64,000 nt of DNA from TPA_inf: Saccharomyces (Eukaryota): NCBI GenBank assembly GCA_000146045.2, contig BK006940.2:206162-270161 (forward strand), written 5' to 3'. The notes below the pieces were generated by a model that did no database searches, was not told the DNA's origin, and was given only the letters and a program-made list of their open reading frames with translations. The stretch's first letter is position 1. Each line of letters starts with the position of its first letter. Positions 10,433-21,351 of this stretch are shown in pieces. The translations under genes and the position numbers were made by a program.

Positions 10433-13400
10433 TCACATTATACTAACTACGGAGGTACCATCTTGAAATCTCGTCCTGAAGACCCTATTAGCATTGGCAA
10501 ACATACCTTCTTTAAGCGAGACTACAATGAACTGAGATCCTTTAAACCTTGTTTTAATCAAATGACCTATATTTTGCGTATGACTTAAATCAAGAGCAGC
10601 ATCAACTTCATCCAAAATATACATAGGCGCTGGTCGAAATTGCAACAATGCCATAATCAATGACAAAGCAATCAACGACCTTTGCCCACCGGACAATTCA
10701 ATCAAACTTTCCTTCCATATATTACCAAGCTTTACTTTAACCTCTAAACCCTGCGTTACGTCCTTACCTTCGCATGGAACCAATTTTGCAAATGAATTTG
10801 GTAAAAGGTCTGCAAAAATATTACCAAAATCAAGTGTCACTTTCTCCCATGTTTTGACTAAAGTTTCTCTTTTATATTCGTTCAACTTCGATATAGTCTC
10901 TTGGATTTTCATCTTATCTTTTTCAATCGTTTTAATCATTGTTTTTAATGCTGCCTCCTTTTTCTCAACATTTTCTATCATATTCATAATATTTGGATTA
11001 ACTTTTTTTCTGAGCTCTTGAAACTTCTCGTTCAATTGTTTACTCCTTTCTCTGTAAGTATCCAAATCGATACCCTCATTTTGTTTGACGATATTTCTCA
11101 CCAGATCAAAATCCTCAAGAAATTCGTGTTTCTGTCGCAGATCTTCAATTATCTTTTCCATGTTGTTCGTATTAGACTTATATTTGTTCAAGTCATGGAC
11201 CAATTTTTGTAGTTCTAATTCACTGCTTTTTTTCTCGTCCTGTTTTTTCTTTATCAATGTTTCTAATTCATTTAGTTCATCATCAATGTCCATCAACCTT
11301 TTCTTTTCTTCGTTCAGTTCTGTCTGGACTGTTACAAGGTCGTCTTCAACACCTCGTATCTTTCCCTCCAAATCAGAATTTTCCAATTTCAAACTTTCAA
11401 TAGATTTCAAATGGTTATGCAATAGCGTCTTATTAGAATCTAGTTCTGAGCTCAATTGCTCTGTTTCTAATTCCAAGTTTTGAAACAAGTCATATTTACG
11501 TTCTGACTCCGATTCCTGCTCCTCCAGCTCTTTCGCCAATAGTTTCAATTCCTTCTTTAATTCATTTAACTTGGATCCTTTATCGCTATCGTACTCCTTC
11601 ATGTCTTTTTCAATGGTCGAAACTTCTTCTTGACATTTCTTTAAGCTCATTTGCTTGGTTTTGATTTCATTCTCACACTCTCCAATGTCCCTCAAAATTT
11701 CTTCATTCCTAGCAATTATTTGGGAAGATGGATTCGCGTCGAGATTACGCTTAGCCAAATCCAATTTATGCAACGAGAGATTTAAATCACTTTGAATGGT
11801 CTTTGTTTTTTGCGATGTAGCATATTGCGTCTGTAGCTCTTCCGTTACATGGTTGAGATCAGCCTGAATGGTCTCAATTTGTTTTTGAATTTGATTGTAT
11901 TTTTGAATATCAACTAATAACGATTCAGAGGTATTTCTACTACCACCAGACAATGTACCCTCTGGGTCGTATACATCACCTTGAAGGGTGATACTTCTAG
12001 CGCGGATCTTTGGATGGAAGGTAATTTTCTTTGCTGTTTCCGGATCTTCACAGATTAAACTATTTCCAAAAATAAATTCCATCGCTTTAGTGATAGATTC
12101 ATCAAACCTTATTAAATTTATTGCCAATTCAACTTTCCCAGGAGCAATTTTCTTGGCTAAATCAAGCACTTGAGAACTTATTGGCCTCGTATATATCTTA
12201 TCAAGAGGTATGATGGTAACACGCTTGCGTAATCTTCCTCTTTCTAATAGCTGAGTGGCCGTCTGAGAATCTTGAACAACAACATTGAATAGCCTACCTC
12301 CGGCACAAGTTTGCAAAGCAGTAGCATAGCGAATATTATCATTATCTATCTGGAAAAGTTGACCCACCACCCCATGGACAAAGCTGGCTTCAAAATTAGG
12401 ATAAGGTTTCGTATAGTTAAATTCCAGATTTGTTACGCGTCTTTTTAAATATTCAGAGTTCTTACATGTTTGATAATAATGGCTCTTCAATTTATCCTCT
12501 CTTTGCTTCAGGTCTTTAATTCGTGATGGATCAAACCCATATTCGACTAGTCGGGCTCGTAGTTTATCGCACGTTTCTTGGCATTGTTTAACATGCTTCA
12601 CATTTAACTCGTTATCTTTCGTGGCCTCCTTTAATTTAGGTTCAATTGTCAATAGCTCTTTCTTCAACAACTCCATTTTCATGCTTGATTTTTTTATCGC
12701 CAAGGAGACTTCATTCAGCTCAGTCTTTGCCTTGGCCAACTGTGCGTTATAACCACCGTCTGCGGCACCGGTCGAGGAAATACCTGTGGTTAAAGTGGAA
12801 ACTAATTCTTCTTTTCGTTTATAAAGATCCCTTTGTTTACTGAGTTGTTCCTGCACCATTTTATAATCCTTTTCAGTGTTAGCGTATGCCGATTTTTTTT
12901 CGATTAGCTTTGCAGAGGAACTTGCAATTTCTGACTCCAGAGCCTTTGATTTTTCAGTAGTATCATTCAAATTTTCTACTTTTATCGACAGTGAAGTTTT
13001 CAAACGAGAAATTTCATTTAAAAGACCGTTCTCCTTATTTTCCAACTTGGAGATTGTGCCTTCTTTGTGTAGTTCTTTTTCTTTCTGAAGTTTGATTTCC
13101 TCGACATCCTCATTCAAACTGTCTATTTCTTCGGAAGTTTTCTTAACAAATTCATTTAACATTTTCATACGAGTCTCACCGTTCTCCAGAGTTTCTCTTA
13201 TTGATGTATGTTTATGTTTAATGTTATAGTATTCATAGGATACAACAATTCGTTCAGTTTTTTCCAAATCAGTCTGAGTAGACTGAAATTCTAGGAACAT
13301 TCTCTTTTCGTTTCGAAGTTTTTCCAGTTTAGGTTCGATCTCTTCAGTTAACAGAGTCCTGTTCTCCTGTAATTTAGTTTCTTTCTTAGACATTGTTCTT

Positions 13401-13945
13401 TCTGCCTTTTCCCTACGATCCTCGAACATTTTTGTCCCTGCTGCCTCTTCAATCAGTGATAAGATCTCTGAGGGTTTCATATTCAAAACCTTGGTAATTT
13501 TACCTTGCATGATTAAAAAATTAGGATTATTGATATTTAACTGCACGGATTGAAATAGTTGCAAAACCGACTGTTGAGGTGCCCTATGCCCATTTATCAG
13601 ATATTTAGAAGTTCCACCAAGCACGACTTGCCTTGTAACAGAGATTTGAGGAGAGTTAGTGAACCCAATGGGAGAATTTGATTTATCGGTATTATCAAAA
13701 ACAATGGTTACGCTTGCCTTGGTAACACCTGCTTGACCACGCTTATAGATCAAATCTTGCAGGCTAGATGCTCGCACAGTGCTCATTGATGCTATACCGA
13801 GCACGAAGCAAATGGCGTCCAAAATGTTCGACTTACCGGACCCATTTAGACCTGTAATAGCATTGAATTGAGGGTCCCAATCAGTAATGACTGTTCTTGT
13901 AGCGTATGATTTGAAACCATCAATAATCAATTCCTCTACCTTCAT
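10433..13945 (-). CDS. SMC2: Condensin SMC subunit Smc2 (1170 aa)
   Basis: Protein MKVEELIIDGFKSYATRTVITDWDPQFNAITGLNGSGKSNILDAICFVLG has the Walker A motif, long coiled coils, hinge, and a C-terminal LSGGQRSL signature. Confidence 0.95.
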   Translation of the reverse strand: MKVEELIIDGFKSYATRTVITDWDPQFNAITGLNGSGKSNILDAICFVLGIASMSTVRASSLQDLIYKRGQAGVTKASVTIVFDNTDKSNSPIGFTNSPQISVTRQVVLGGTSKYLINGHRAPQQSVLQLFQSVQLNINNPNFLIMQGKITKVLNMKPSEILSLIEEAAGTKMFEDRREKAERTMSKKETKLQENRTLLTEEIEPKLEKLRNEKRMFLEFQSTQTDLEKTERIVVSYEYYNIKHKHTSIRETLENGETRMKMLNEFVKKTSEEIDSLNEDVEEIKLQKEKELHKEGTISKLENKENGLLNEISRLKTSLSIKVENLNDTTEKSKALESEIASSSAKLIEKKSAYANTEKDYKMVQEQLSKQRDLYKRKEELVSTLTTGISSTGAADGGYNAQLAKAKTELNEVSLAIKKSSMKMELLKKELLTIEPKLKEATKDNELNVKHVKQCQETCDKLRARLVEYGFDPSRIKDLKQREDKLKSHYYQTCKNSEYLKRRVTNLEFNYTKPYPNFEASFVHGVVGQLFQIDNDNIRYATALQTCAGGRLFNVVVQDSQTATQLLERGRLRKRVTIIPLDKIYTRPISSQVLDLAKKIAPGKVELAINLIRFDESITKAMEFIFGNSLICEDPETAKKITFHPKIRARSITLQGDVYDPEGTLSGGSRNTSESLLVDIQKYNQIQKQIETIQADLNHVTEELQTQYATSQKTKTIQSDLNLSLHKLDLAKRNLDANPSSQIIARNEEILRDIGECENEIKTKQMSLKKCQEEVSTIEKDMKEYDSDKGSKLNELKKELKLLAKELEEQESESERKYDLFQNLELETEQLSSELDSNKTLLHNHLKSIESLKLENSDLEGKIRGVEDDLVTVQTELNEEKKRLMDIDDELNELETLIKKKQDEKKSSELELQKLVHDLNKYKSNTNNMEKIIEDLRQKHEFLEDFDLVRNIVKQNEGIDLDTYRERSKQLNEKFQELRKKVNPNIMNMIENVEKKEAALKTMIKTIEKDKMKIQETISKLNEYKRETLVKTWEKVTLDFGNIFADLLPNSFAKLVPCEGKDVTQGLEVKVKLGNIWKESLIELSGGQRSLIALSLIMALLQFRPAPMYILDEVDAALDLSHTQNIGHLIKTRFKGSQFIVVSLKEGMFANANRVFRTRFQDGTSVVSIM

Positions 13946-14083
13946 GCGGTAACGATACTAAAATTGACTTGTATTTACGTGGTCTGCCTCGAGATTTCTT
14001 GACTGCACCGTGTGTTTACTGTTGTTGATCTTAAAATTAGAAATGCCCATCATCAGAGCCACGCAACACGGTAATCACTATAA

Positions 14084-14089
14084 ACGCGT
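14084..14089. promoter_or_regulatory. MCB (ACGCGT) ~140 bp upstream of the SMC2 ATG
   Basis: ctataaACGCGTaaggc. Confidence 0.35.
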
Positions 14090-14345
14090 AAGGCAGAAAG
14101 CCATTTTATTCAAGAAGTCAACCCCCTCCATGAAGCAATGCTTCACAGGGGAGAAGGGGGGAGCTTATGAGAGTATATTAAAGTTTACTTTGAAGAAATA
14201 TTCTATTACTACAGAACAAAATCTAATTTAGAAATTTTTCTTTAAAAATAAGTGTTATGTTATATTGTATTGTTTGCTTTGAGGAATTTTTTGAGTTATC
14301 TTTTTTTTTTTAGATCTTGCTTAAAGAATGACTATTTTACATAAT

Positions 14346-15257
14346 CTAATCTTGGGTCTTTTGAGAACCACGTAACAAACCAGTTCTTCTGGCGGCAATC
14401 AAACCGGCCTTTTGACCAGAAACAGCACCTCTAGAGATGGTAGAAGCCTTACCAATATGTTGATGGTTACCACCACCGTGAGGGTGATCAACTGGATTCA
14501 TGGCAACACCACGGGTCTTTGGCCAAGAGTTTCTCTTCAATCTGTACTTGTGGAAAGCACGACCAGCCTTCAACAATGGTTTGTCAACTCTACCACCACC
14601 GGCAATGACACCGATGACACCTCTGGCATCAGAAGAGATAACCTTCTTGGCACCGGATGGTAATCTGACTCTAGTCTTGTTTTCGTCTGGGTTGTGACCG
14701 ATGATAATAACGTAGTTACCGGAAGCTCTGGCTAGGGCACCTCTGTCACCTGGCTTTTCTTCAACGTTGGAGACAATGGTACCTTCTGGGACAGAACCCA
14801 ATGGCAAGACGTTACCGACGTTCAAAGAAGCCTTCTTACCGGCGTAAATGAATTGACCAGTGTGGACACCTTCGTTAGCAATAAAGATTTCTTCACGCAA
14901 TCTGTACTTGTATGGGTCACGGAAGACAACCTTGGCCAATGGGGCACCTCTACCGGAGTCGTGGACAATTTGCTTAACGATACCACGAATGTAACCGTGA
15001 CGTTCAGCATAATCCAAAGTTCTCAACTTGGCAGCACCTTGTCTCAATCTGGTGTGGGAGGTAAAGATAGAACCAGCACCCTTTCTTTGGTTACGAATAA
15101 CTCTACCTGAATAAAAAATAATGAGAAAAAACACAGTTCTGTTAGTATACACGATACATTTTCAACAAAAGGAATAAAAAGACTGTAAAAGGGTGTGATG
15201 ACATTGCGCCATTACGACAATCACATGGTTGTTAAATCACGGTGCTGACATACCCAT
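14346..15257 (-). CDS. RPL2A: Ribosomal protein L2A (254 aa), spliced: exon 1 is 15254-15257 (ATGG), the intron is 15107-15253 (147 nt), exon 2 is 14346-15106
   Basis: Exon 2 encodes (G)[28 protein letters not shown].... Minus-strand ATGG|GTATGT at 15248-15257, TACTAAC branchpoint at 15151-15157, and 3' splice site cag|GTAGAG at 15106. Confidence 0.9.
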
Positions 15258-15744
15258 TGCTTATTGATCTAATGGTTTCTTAGTTTGCTCAGAAATGGTT
15301 ATTAGTCGCTAAAAAATGACCCAATAATAAAAAAAACGAGGTAATGATATTGAAGGAGGGGAGGGGCAGGGTTCAATCGATTATGCCTATGCGATAGTGC
15401 ATTGCGTAGTAATCCATAGGTTCACATCCATGTGCACTGGTGCTGCGTTTGGCAATTCCCATACTATTCCAGATTGATCTGATCGTGCAGAGCAATGCCA
15501 AACCATCGACCGTAGGCCCAACGGTGAAACAATACGCGGAGAACGCTTAGCCGCTAGGCAGAACGCCTAGTTTACACAGTGGGAGAATGAGGATAGGCCT
15601 CTGCCTACGGTACCTTCGAATACAGGGAAAGTGGGAAGAGTGAGCTGCCGAAGTGAAAGAGGCTTACGCATTTTTTCTTTGGGAAGCGGACGCAGGACTA
15701 AGCTCATCATTTTCGAAAAAAAAAGAAAGTTGGAGCCGGAAAGG

Positions 15745-15769
15745 AATTGGGTGTTAAAAATGTACGGGT
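15745..15769. promoter_or_regulatory. Tandem Rap1-like sites ~500 bp upstream of RPL2A
   Basis: attGGGTGTtaaaaaTGTACGGGTGaaa. The second site matches TGTAYGGGTG (reverse complement of ACACCCRYACA); the first has only the GGGTGT core. Confidence 0.35.
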
Positions 15770-15928
15770 GAAAAAAGTCTTATTTTGTCTTAAAAGGGGT
15801 TCCCCCAGCCGCAAAAGAAAAGAAAAGAAAAATAATAGATCAATTTTAGTTTACTTAGCAATAAACGAATATATGTATTTTATGTTAAGTTCTCACTGTT
15901 TATACCCCCTTTTCAATTTTATAAAGAT

Positions 15929-16798
15929 CTAAGTAGCAGCCACGGTTGGACGATCGGAAGACGAAGCAGGCGGAGGTGGGACATCATTGGTTTCCGCATT
16001 GTCTTGCCCTTCCTGCACTTGCTCCGCTGGCTCTACTGGCGCTGGCGCTGGCGCTGGCTCTGCCAATGCTGCTGGAGGTGGGTCGCGCGCATTGGTTAAG
16101 TTGTCCTTGACCAATTGTTTAATTTCTTGAATCTTAGAGACGTAAGCGGGCTTCACTATTATCGATTTGCCCCTCAAAGTAGCTGTCTTGGCCACACTGT
16201 CACAAATGTCCCCAATTGGGGTTTCAGATTGCAAAGTGACCAAAGCGGCAGTAATTTGGTGTGGAGCAAAAGGAATACACTTTCTCCTGTACACCTTGGA
16301 CCTGTAAATCCAGATTTCTTGAGGCGAGTAGAGCTGGAACAACTCACGGATCTCACTGTCGGTTATATCGTCTGGCAGGTCGTGACAGTAAACCGTATCC
16401 GCGGCAGTCTCTGGTGTCTTCTTAACCTTATTTTTTTCTTTGGGCTTCTTTACATCCGTGTCTGGAGTAGAGTCTGCCTCGTAAGGAACGTGTAACTTTA
16501 GAAATAGTTTCTGATTTTGGAAAACGGTTCCGTTCAAGTCTTGAATGGCCTTCAAAGCCAGAGTATTGTTTGCGAACTGGGCAAATGCTATGCCTAGTGG
16601 TTTGCGAGGGTTGCTATTGTGCCTTTTGCTGAATCTGCGGACGGTCTGCGTTGGAATCAACACTGAACTGGCGCCATAGTTGTTTAGGAAGGCATGTAGG
16701 TCTCGCTCACTCGCCGTGAATGGCAGGTTCGAAATGTAAACTGTGGTAATGGTAGTGGTAGTGTCACTGGTAGTGTCATTGTTAACTTGTTCTGTCAT
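15929..16798 (-). CDS. RRT5: RRM-containing protein Rrt5 (289 aa)
   Basis: Protein MTEQVNNDTTSDTTTTITTVYISNLPFTASERDLHAFL... has an RRM; Pro/Ala-rich C-terminus; ATG at 16796-16798. Confidence 0.8.
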   Translation of the reverse strand: MTEQVNNDTTSDTTTTITTVYISNLPFTASERDLHAFLNNYGASSVLIPTQTVRRFSKRHNSNPRKPLGIAFAQFANNTLALKAIQDLNGTVFQNQKLFLKLHVPYEADSTPDTDVKKPKEKNKVKKTPETAADTVYCHDLPDDITDSEIRELFQLYSPQEIWIYRSKVYRRKCIPFAPHQITAALVTLQSETPIGDICDSVAKTATLRGKSIIVKPAYVSKIQEIKQLVKDNLTNARDPPPAALAEPAPAPAPVEPAEQVQEGQDNAETNDVPPPPASSSDRPTVAAT

Positions 16799-17096
16799 TG
16801 CGGGCTTGTTTGTATGCTTATGTGAGGCCTTATACTTCTCTATGTGTTGCTACTCAGTAGAAGGTCAACACCATTGTTTTATACATCATTTATCTTTTGT
16901 TATTAATTTGTGACGCTTCCATTTTGTGGCACATAAGGAGGAAAAAGAAAATTAAAAGAAAAAAAAAAAGAAATAAAAAAAGAAAACGGTACTGGATATT
17001 GAGATAAATTTTCCTTCAATTAAGATAATAAAACATGTTATATAAAATCAGACAAAATAATATGTAAATTTTTAACGTATTATAATCTTAAAAAGT

Positions 17097-17276
17097 TTAT
17101 TTCTTGGCAGCAGCCAAAGCCTTAGCAGTGCCGTGTAGGGCATGCTTGTGGTTTCTTCTAAACTTTGGATCAACACCTTTCAAAGAAGGGTACTTGTAGG
17201 TCTTTGGCTTCTTGATACCGTTTCTGTGAGCCTTTCTGGTTTGGTTGTGAGCGGTATGGTTCTTAGACTTAGCCAT
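17097..17276 (-). CDS. RPL29: Ribosomal protein L29 (59 aa); shorter than the 60-aa cutoff, so absent from the ORF track
   Basis: Minus-strand translation [59 protein letters not shown]; stop TAA at 17097-17099. Confidence 0.85.
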
Positions 17277-18164
17277 TTTCTGGAGAAGACGATGAATGTA
17301 CGCAGAAATTGCGAATGGTCATTAAAGGTTAGTAAAAATGATTCATAACGGTGGAGGGGAGTAGCGTGGCAGCTAACTGCCAATCTGAAGTGGTGCTAGC
17401 GGGGGCAACTTCGAACAAGGGTATGCTAAAGGTAATTGAACGTTCGAGAAAGAGCGTTCGCTATAAGTTCAAACACTGGTAACTTTCCATTATTTTCCCT
17501 TCTCTCTTTTTTTCTTTATATCCTCCACTATATGCCACTCAGCGCACCTCAGATTTGGCTACCTGCATTTCCAATGGGCGAAATGGGGACTTCATGATAA
17601 TATAACGTACTTTCTAACTGTATTGTTGTTCCGGGGTTCTTGAATATTGAATGAAAAATGTTATAAAATAATGGGTTGAATCTTGAAATATGCAGTATTG
17701 AAATATTCTGAAATTGTATGTATCCAGAGATTATGGCAAAGCCTAAAGGGAAAATGGTAGACTTCCTACATTGAGAATATCGCTGGTTTTCCCGAGCGCG
17801 GCTAGCGACCATTTTTCTTTGTCCTTACAGAACTAAAAAAAAAAAACCAAAAAAAAGTCGAAAACAAGAATACATGCGCTGTATGGGTCTAAGAGTATGT
17901 ACGGATGTAAAAGAAAACAGTACTAGACAGAGCGCATAAAAAAAGCCTAATCCCTTTTCCGTCTGTATACTTGTGCTCCCTTATAAAAAAAATTAAAAAT
18001 TAAAAAATAAAAATAAGAATAGTGTATAAAATTATTTTTGCTTTGATTTTAGTTTATTTATTTACTTTCTAAATACAGTAGGTTAAATAAGGATCGGTTT
18101 CTTGAAGAAATTGTAACAAGACTCAGAATAAATATGAATATAGGGAATATGACGGATAAACAGA

Positions 18165-18608
18165 CTACTTTAATTTGTCAAATAATCTAGGTGCCGTGGC
18201 AGTGTCCAAATAGTGCTGTAGATGGAAAAACTCCTCCACACAGTCCTCCTTGTGTTCAAGATCCGCGTAGCCGGGTTGTTGTTGCTGTATCTTGACTCTC
18301 TCAGCACACTCCTCGTAGTGGTGCACAAGGGCCTTACCCTCCTCCGTGTTCTTGAAATGTTCTCTCAAATCTTCCAACTGATCAGTGACTTCTTCCTCTT
18401 CTTCCTCATCTTCGTCGTCATCATCATCATCATCTTCGTCTTCGTCTTCATCCTCATCTTCATCCCCATTTTCTTCTTCTTTTTCTTCTCCTTCTGCTGC
18501 CTTTTCTTCATGCTGCTCGTTATCGTCATCTTCGGCCGCGGCCACAACAGGCACAACGGTTATCTTTAGTTGTTCCCAGTACTCACCAACTAGTTCCAAC
18601 ATGCCCAT
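18165..18608 (-). CDS. QCR6: Ubiquinol-cytochrome c reductase subunit 6, acidic hinge protein (147 aa)
   Basis: Protein MGMLELVGEYWEQLKITVVPVVAAAEDDDNEQHEE... with a long Asp/Glu run encoded by a (GAT/GAA)n tract at ~18400-18475. A HAP-type CCAAT box (ccattgg, 18845-18851) lies ~240 bp upstream. Confidence 0.9.
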   Translation of the reverse strand: MGMLELVGEYWEQLKITVVPVVAAAEDDDNEQHEEKAAEGEEKEEENGDEDEDEDEDEDDDDDDDEDEEEEEEVTDQLEDLREHFKNTEEGKALVHHYEECAERVKIQQQQPGYADLEHKEDCVEEFFHLQHYLDTATAPRLFDKLK

Positions 18609-18858
18609 TTTCTATTTCTTTTTCTTTATCCGTGTGTGTAGGTGTAAGTGTATATGTGTGCTTCTGTTAATGTGAGTGCGTGTATACAATATGTGCAAAT
18701 AAGCGCCAACCAATACTGCCCTTAAGACTGAGTAGGTCCTAATCTCGAAAACCCGGTGTGGGCCACTTTCCAGCAAAGCGCCTCTTATAACAAGCACCGC
18801 GCAGGGGAGGCGCGCCCCAGTCCGATATGCCCGGAACGTGCTTCCCATTGGTGCACGG

Positions 18859-19797
18859 TCACGTGCTCACGTTCTGCTGTAGGTGACGGATGTACCGGCA
18901 GGCCGCCTCCACGGTGGTCGCTTTGGACGGCGCGGCCGACACATTTTGCTGTTTCCACTCCGCGGGGATTAAAGACGCCAGTTCGTGCAGCGCGACCGCT
19001 AATCGATTACGCCGTGCTTGCTCTGCATGCTTGTGTGATTCGCGCTTGTCATCGTCCACGAGCGCGCCCGATGACCGTCGCTTACTCAGCGACCGCGAAT
19101 GGCTCGATCCGTGCGGCGCGATTACAGGAGACTCACTTGCTACGACCACGCCTTCTGCGCTGCTGCTGGTCTTGGCCGTGACCGGTGATACGCGTCTTGT
19201 GCTGTTCGACGGCAGAATAACTTTCGGATATTGCTTTGGTTTCGGTTTCGGTTTCGGAGTTGGGATAACGCTGTCGGGCAATTCGAACAGCGAAGTGGCC
19301 GAATCCGGCCCGGGTTTACCTCTGCGCTTGTTCAAATACGGACTACTATTACTCTTGTTTTTAGTGACTTTGTTAGCGGATGTGGTGGAAGTAGCAGTAG
19401 CGACCAAGTTCGGCGAAATGGTTACGGGAACCGCACTTTGCGTGTGTATTAGCGGCGAATATAATAGCCGCGGCTTGATTGTAGCAGTTGTAGCTGGGGA
19501 GTGGTGCGCATGCGAGGGCATCATCCAGTCCATATCCATACCTTCCACCAGCTCAAAGGCGCGGTCTAGGTCGTCCAACGCGAGACTGTCTTGTTCATTT
19601 TCATTCTCGTTCCCATTCTCACTGCTGTTGTGGTTCTCTTGACTGTTCAGCTCGTCGTTTTGCTCGTTGAAGTCCTCGCGCCCATCATGCCGTTTCGTGT
19701 TTACGGTGATAAAGTCTCCGACTTTATCAAGAATGCTGCTCTTGGGCTCTAGATCGTCCACAAAACCGTGTATTCCCTCAGAAGTTGTACGGCCCAT
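18859..19797 (-). CDS. PHO4: bHLH phosphate-regulon transcription factor Pho4 (312 aa)
   Basis: Protein MGRTTSEGIHGFVDDLEPKSS...SHKHAEQARRNRLAVALHELASLIP (bHLH). Confidence 0.9.
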   Translation of the reverse strand: MGRTTSEGIHGFVDDLEPKSSILDKVGDFITVNTKRHDGREDFNEQNDELNSQENHNSSENGNENENEQDSLALDDLDRAFELVEGMDMDWMMPSHAHHSPATTATIKPRLLYSPLIHTQSAVPVTISPNLVATATSTTSANKVTKNKSNSSPYLNKRRGKPGPDSATSLFELPDSVIPTPKPKPKPKQYPKVILPSNSTRRVSPVTAKTSSSAEGVVVASESPVIAPHGSSHSRSLSKRRSSGALVDDDKRESHKHAEQARRNRLAVALHELASLIPAEWKQQNVSAAPSKATTVEAACRYIRHLQQNVST

Positions 19798-19959
19798 GAC
19801 TTTCTGCTACTCTTGTTCTGTCTCCTTTGCTCATCTCTTCTCTTCTGGTCCTTCCGAAGCATGACTTCTTCCCTGGTTATATACATTTTTCTATGGTCAA
19901 GACTCATTTGCCAAATATTTCCGTGCGAGCGGCCGGGTCAGCCTTTCGCCTACCACATA

Positions 19960-20304
19960 TTAGGCGAGGCAAAAAAAAAAAAAAATAGAAAACGAGAAAA
20001 TCGCACTTGCAGCATAGGAAATACTTGCACACAGACATACACATACACACCGTACGCAAAGAAGGCAAGGCAGCAAGAAAAACTGTGGGAACGTAGAAAT
20101 GAACGTACCTACGGCGCCAACTCCCAACAAACATTTGAACATACCTGATTTGAGGTTCGAGAAAGTGTTCAAGAAAGCTTTACACAGGGAATTGGCACCC
20201 TCATCGTCTCTCTCACGGAAGGCGGGTGTGATTACGAAAGTTGTGGTTCGCGATGTCCTGCTCATGCCCTTATTGCAGAGCTTTGTTTTGTCACTCGCGC
20301 TCAT
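19960..20304 (-). CDS. Small ORF of unknown function (114 aa); position fits YFR035C
   Basis: ATG ORF with no recognisable domain; identity is by position only. Confidence 0.3.
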   Translation of the reverse strand: MSASDKTKLCNKGMSRTSRTTTFVITPAFRERDDEGANSLCKAFLNTFSNLKSGMFKCLLGVGAVGTFISTFPQFFLLPCLLCVRCVCVCLCASISYAASAIFSFSIFFFFCLA

Positions 20305-20526
20305 GGGTGTGAAGGAATGGTTGTCTTACATACGCTTGAAAGGACGAACCCTAGGTGACCGCATTAGACAGAGACTTTTTCCGATCTAAATAATGCATAT
20401 AACCGTATCTTTTTTATATGAACCTAGTTTTGCTGTATAAGAGCCGAGAAAAAAATATAGGAAAATATAGGAAAATATGCAAAATAGAAACACGAATTTT
20501 TTTTTTGTTAGAGAAAAAAAGAGATA

Positions 20527-20599
20527 AGCCCTGTAGGGGGCTCGAACCCCTAACCTTATGATTAAGAGTCATACGCGCTACCGATTGCGCCAACAAGGC
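20527..20599 (-). tRNA. tK(CUU)F: tRNA-Lys (anticodon CUU), 73 nt, no intron
   Basis: Reverse complement reads GCCTTGTTGGCGCAATCGGTAGCGCGTATGACTCTTAATCATAAGGTTAGGGGTTCGAGCCCCCTACAGGGCT. Confidence 0.9.
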
Positions 20600-20801
20600 A
20601 TTTTAATCTCTGGCTACTCGGCACTAAAAGATGCACCACATCCGATGTTTAGGCCGCACCATAATTTTTTCTTTTTCCTGTCTCTTTGTCCTTTCACATT
20701 GCACAAAAGTAGAGGAATAATGGATGGATCTAGGATGTACGTATATATGATATTAGCGGTCTGAAGAGAAAAAAAAAACAGCAACAATAACATCGCACTT
20801 G

Positions 20802-21176
20802 ATGATCAGAAGGGCCCCTACCACCTTGCAGCTCAGTCACGACGACGTAACCTCTCTGATCGATGACCTGAACGAGCAGAAACTCAAGCAGCAGCTGAAT
20901 ATCGAGAAGACAAAATACTTCCAAGGAAAAAATGGCGGATCGCTGCACTCCAATACAGACTTTCAGGACACATCGCAGAATATCGAAGACAACAATAACG
21001 ATAACGATAACGATATCGATGAAGATGACGACATGTCATCTTACAACGACAAAGCAGCCTCGGTAGCGCACACCAGAGTCCTCAATTCCTTGCATCTGTC
21101 CACCGACAGCAATACCGCCCACGAGACGTCCAATGCAAACGACAACCACAACCCCTTCTACATCCGCGAGGAATAA
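20802..21176 (+). CDS. CDC26: APC/C subunit Cdc26 (124 aa)
   Basis: Protein MIRRAPTTLQLSHDDVTSLIDDLNEQKLKQQ.... The ORF-track start at 20799 is TTG; the ATG is at 20802. Confidence 0.85.
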   Translation: MIRRAPTTLQLSHDDVTSLIDDLNEQKLKQQLNIEKTKYFQGKNGGSLHSNTDFQDTSQNIEDNNNDNDNDIDEDDDMSSYNDKAASVAHTRVLNSLHLSTDSNTAHETSNANDNHNPFYIREE

Positions 21177-21351
21177 TAGCATATCCGCATACGCACACGC
21201 ACACGCACACGCGCACGCATCCACATTCACTTTCACTTATAAAATTTCTTCTCTCTAGTTTTATATACGTTGTATTAGAAATATAAAATATGACAATAGT
21301 ACACTTTGTAGGCTCTCTTTTTTTTTTTTTTTTTTTTTCTTATATATTTTT

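Noticed and set aside
17549-17812. 87-aa ATG ORF between RPL29 and QCR6 (possibly the small annotated ORF YFR032C-B)
   Set aside because: No recognisable homology or motifs; cannot be supported from sequence alone.
18860-18865. CACGTG E-box overlapping the PHO4 stop codon
   Set aside because: Sits at the 3' end of PHO4, not in a promoter. Probably coincidental, although it lies ~250 bp upstream of QCR6.
20440-20480. Direct repeat (ataggaaaat x2) downstream of tK(CUU), and (cagaagtca)x3 at ~4358-4382 near tY(GUA)
   Set aside because: Too short to be an LTR or other element. No delta, sigma or tau similarity was detected flanking either tRNA gene.
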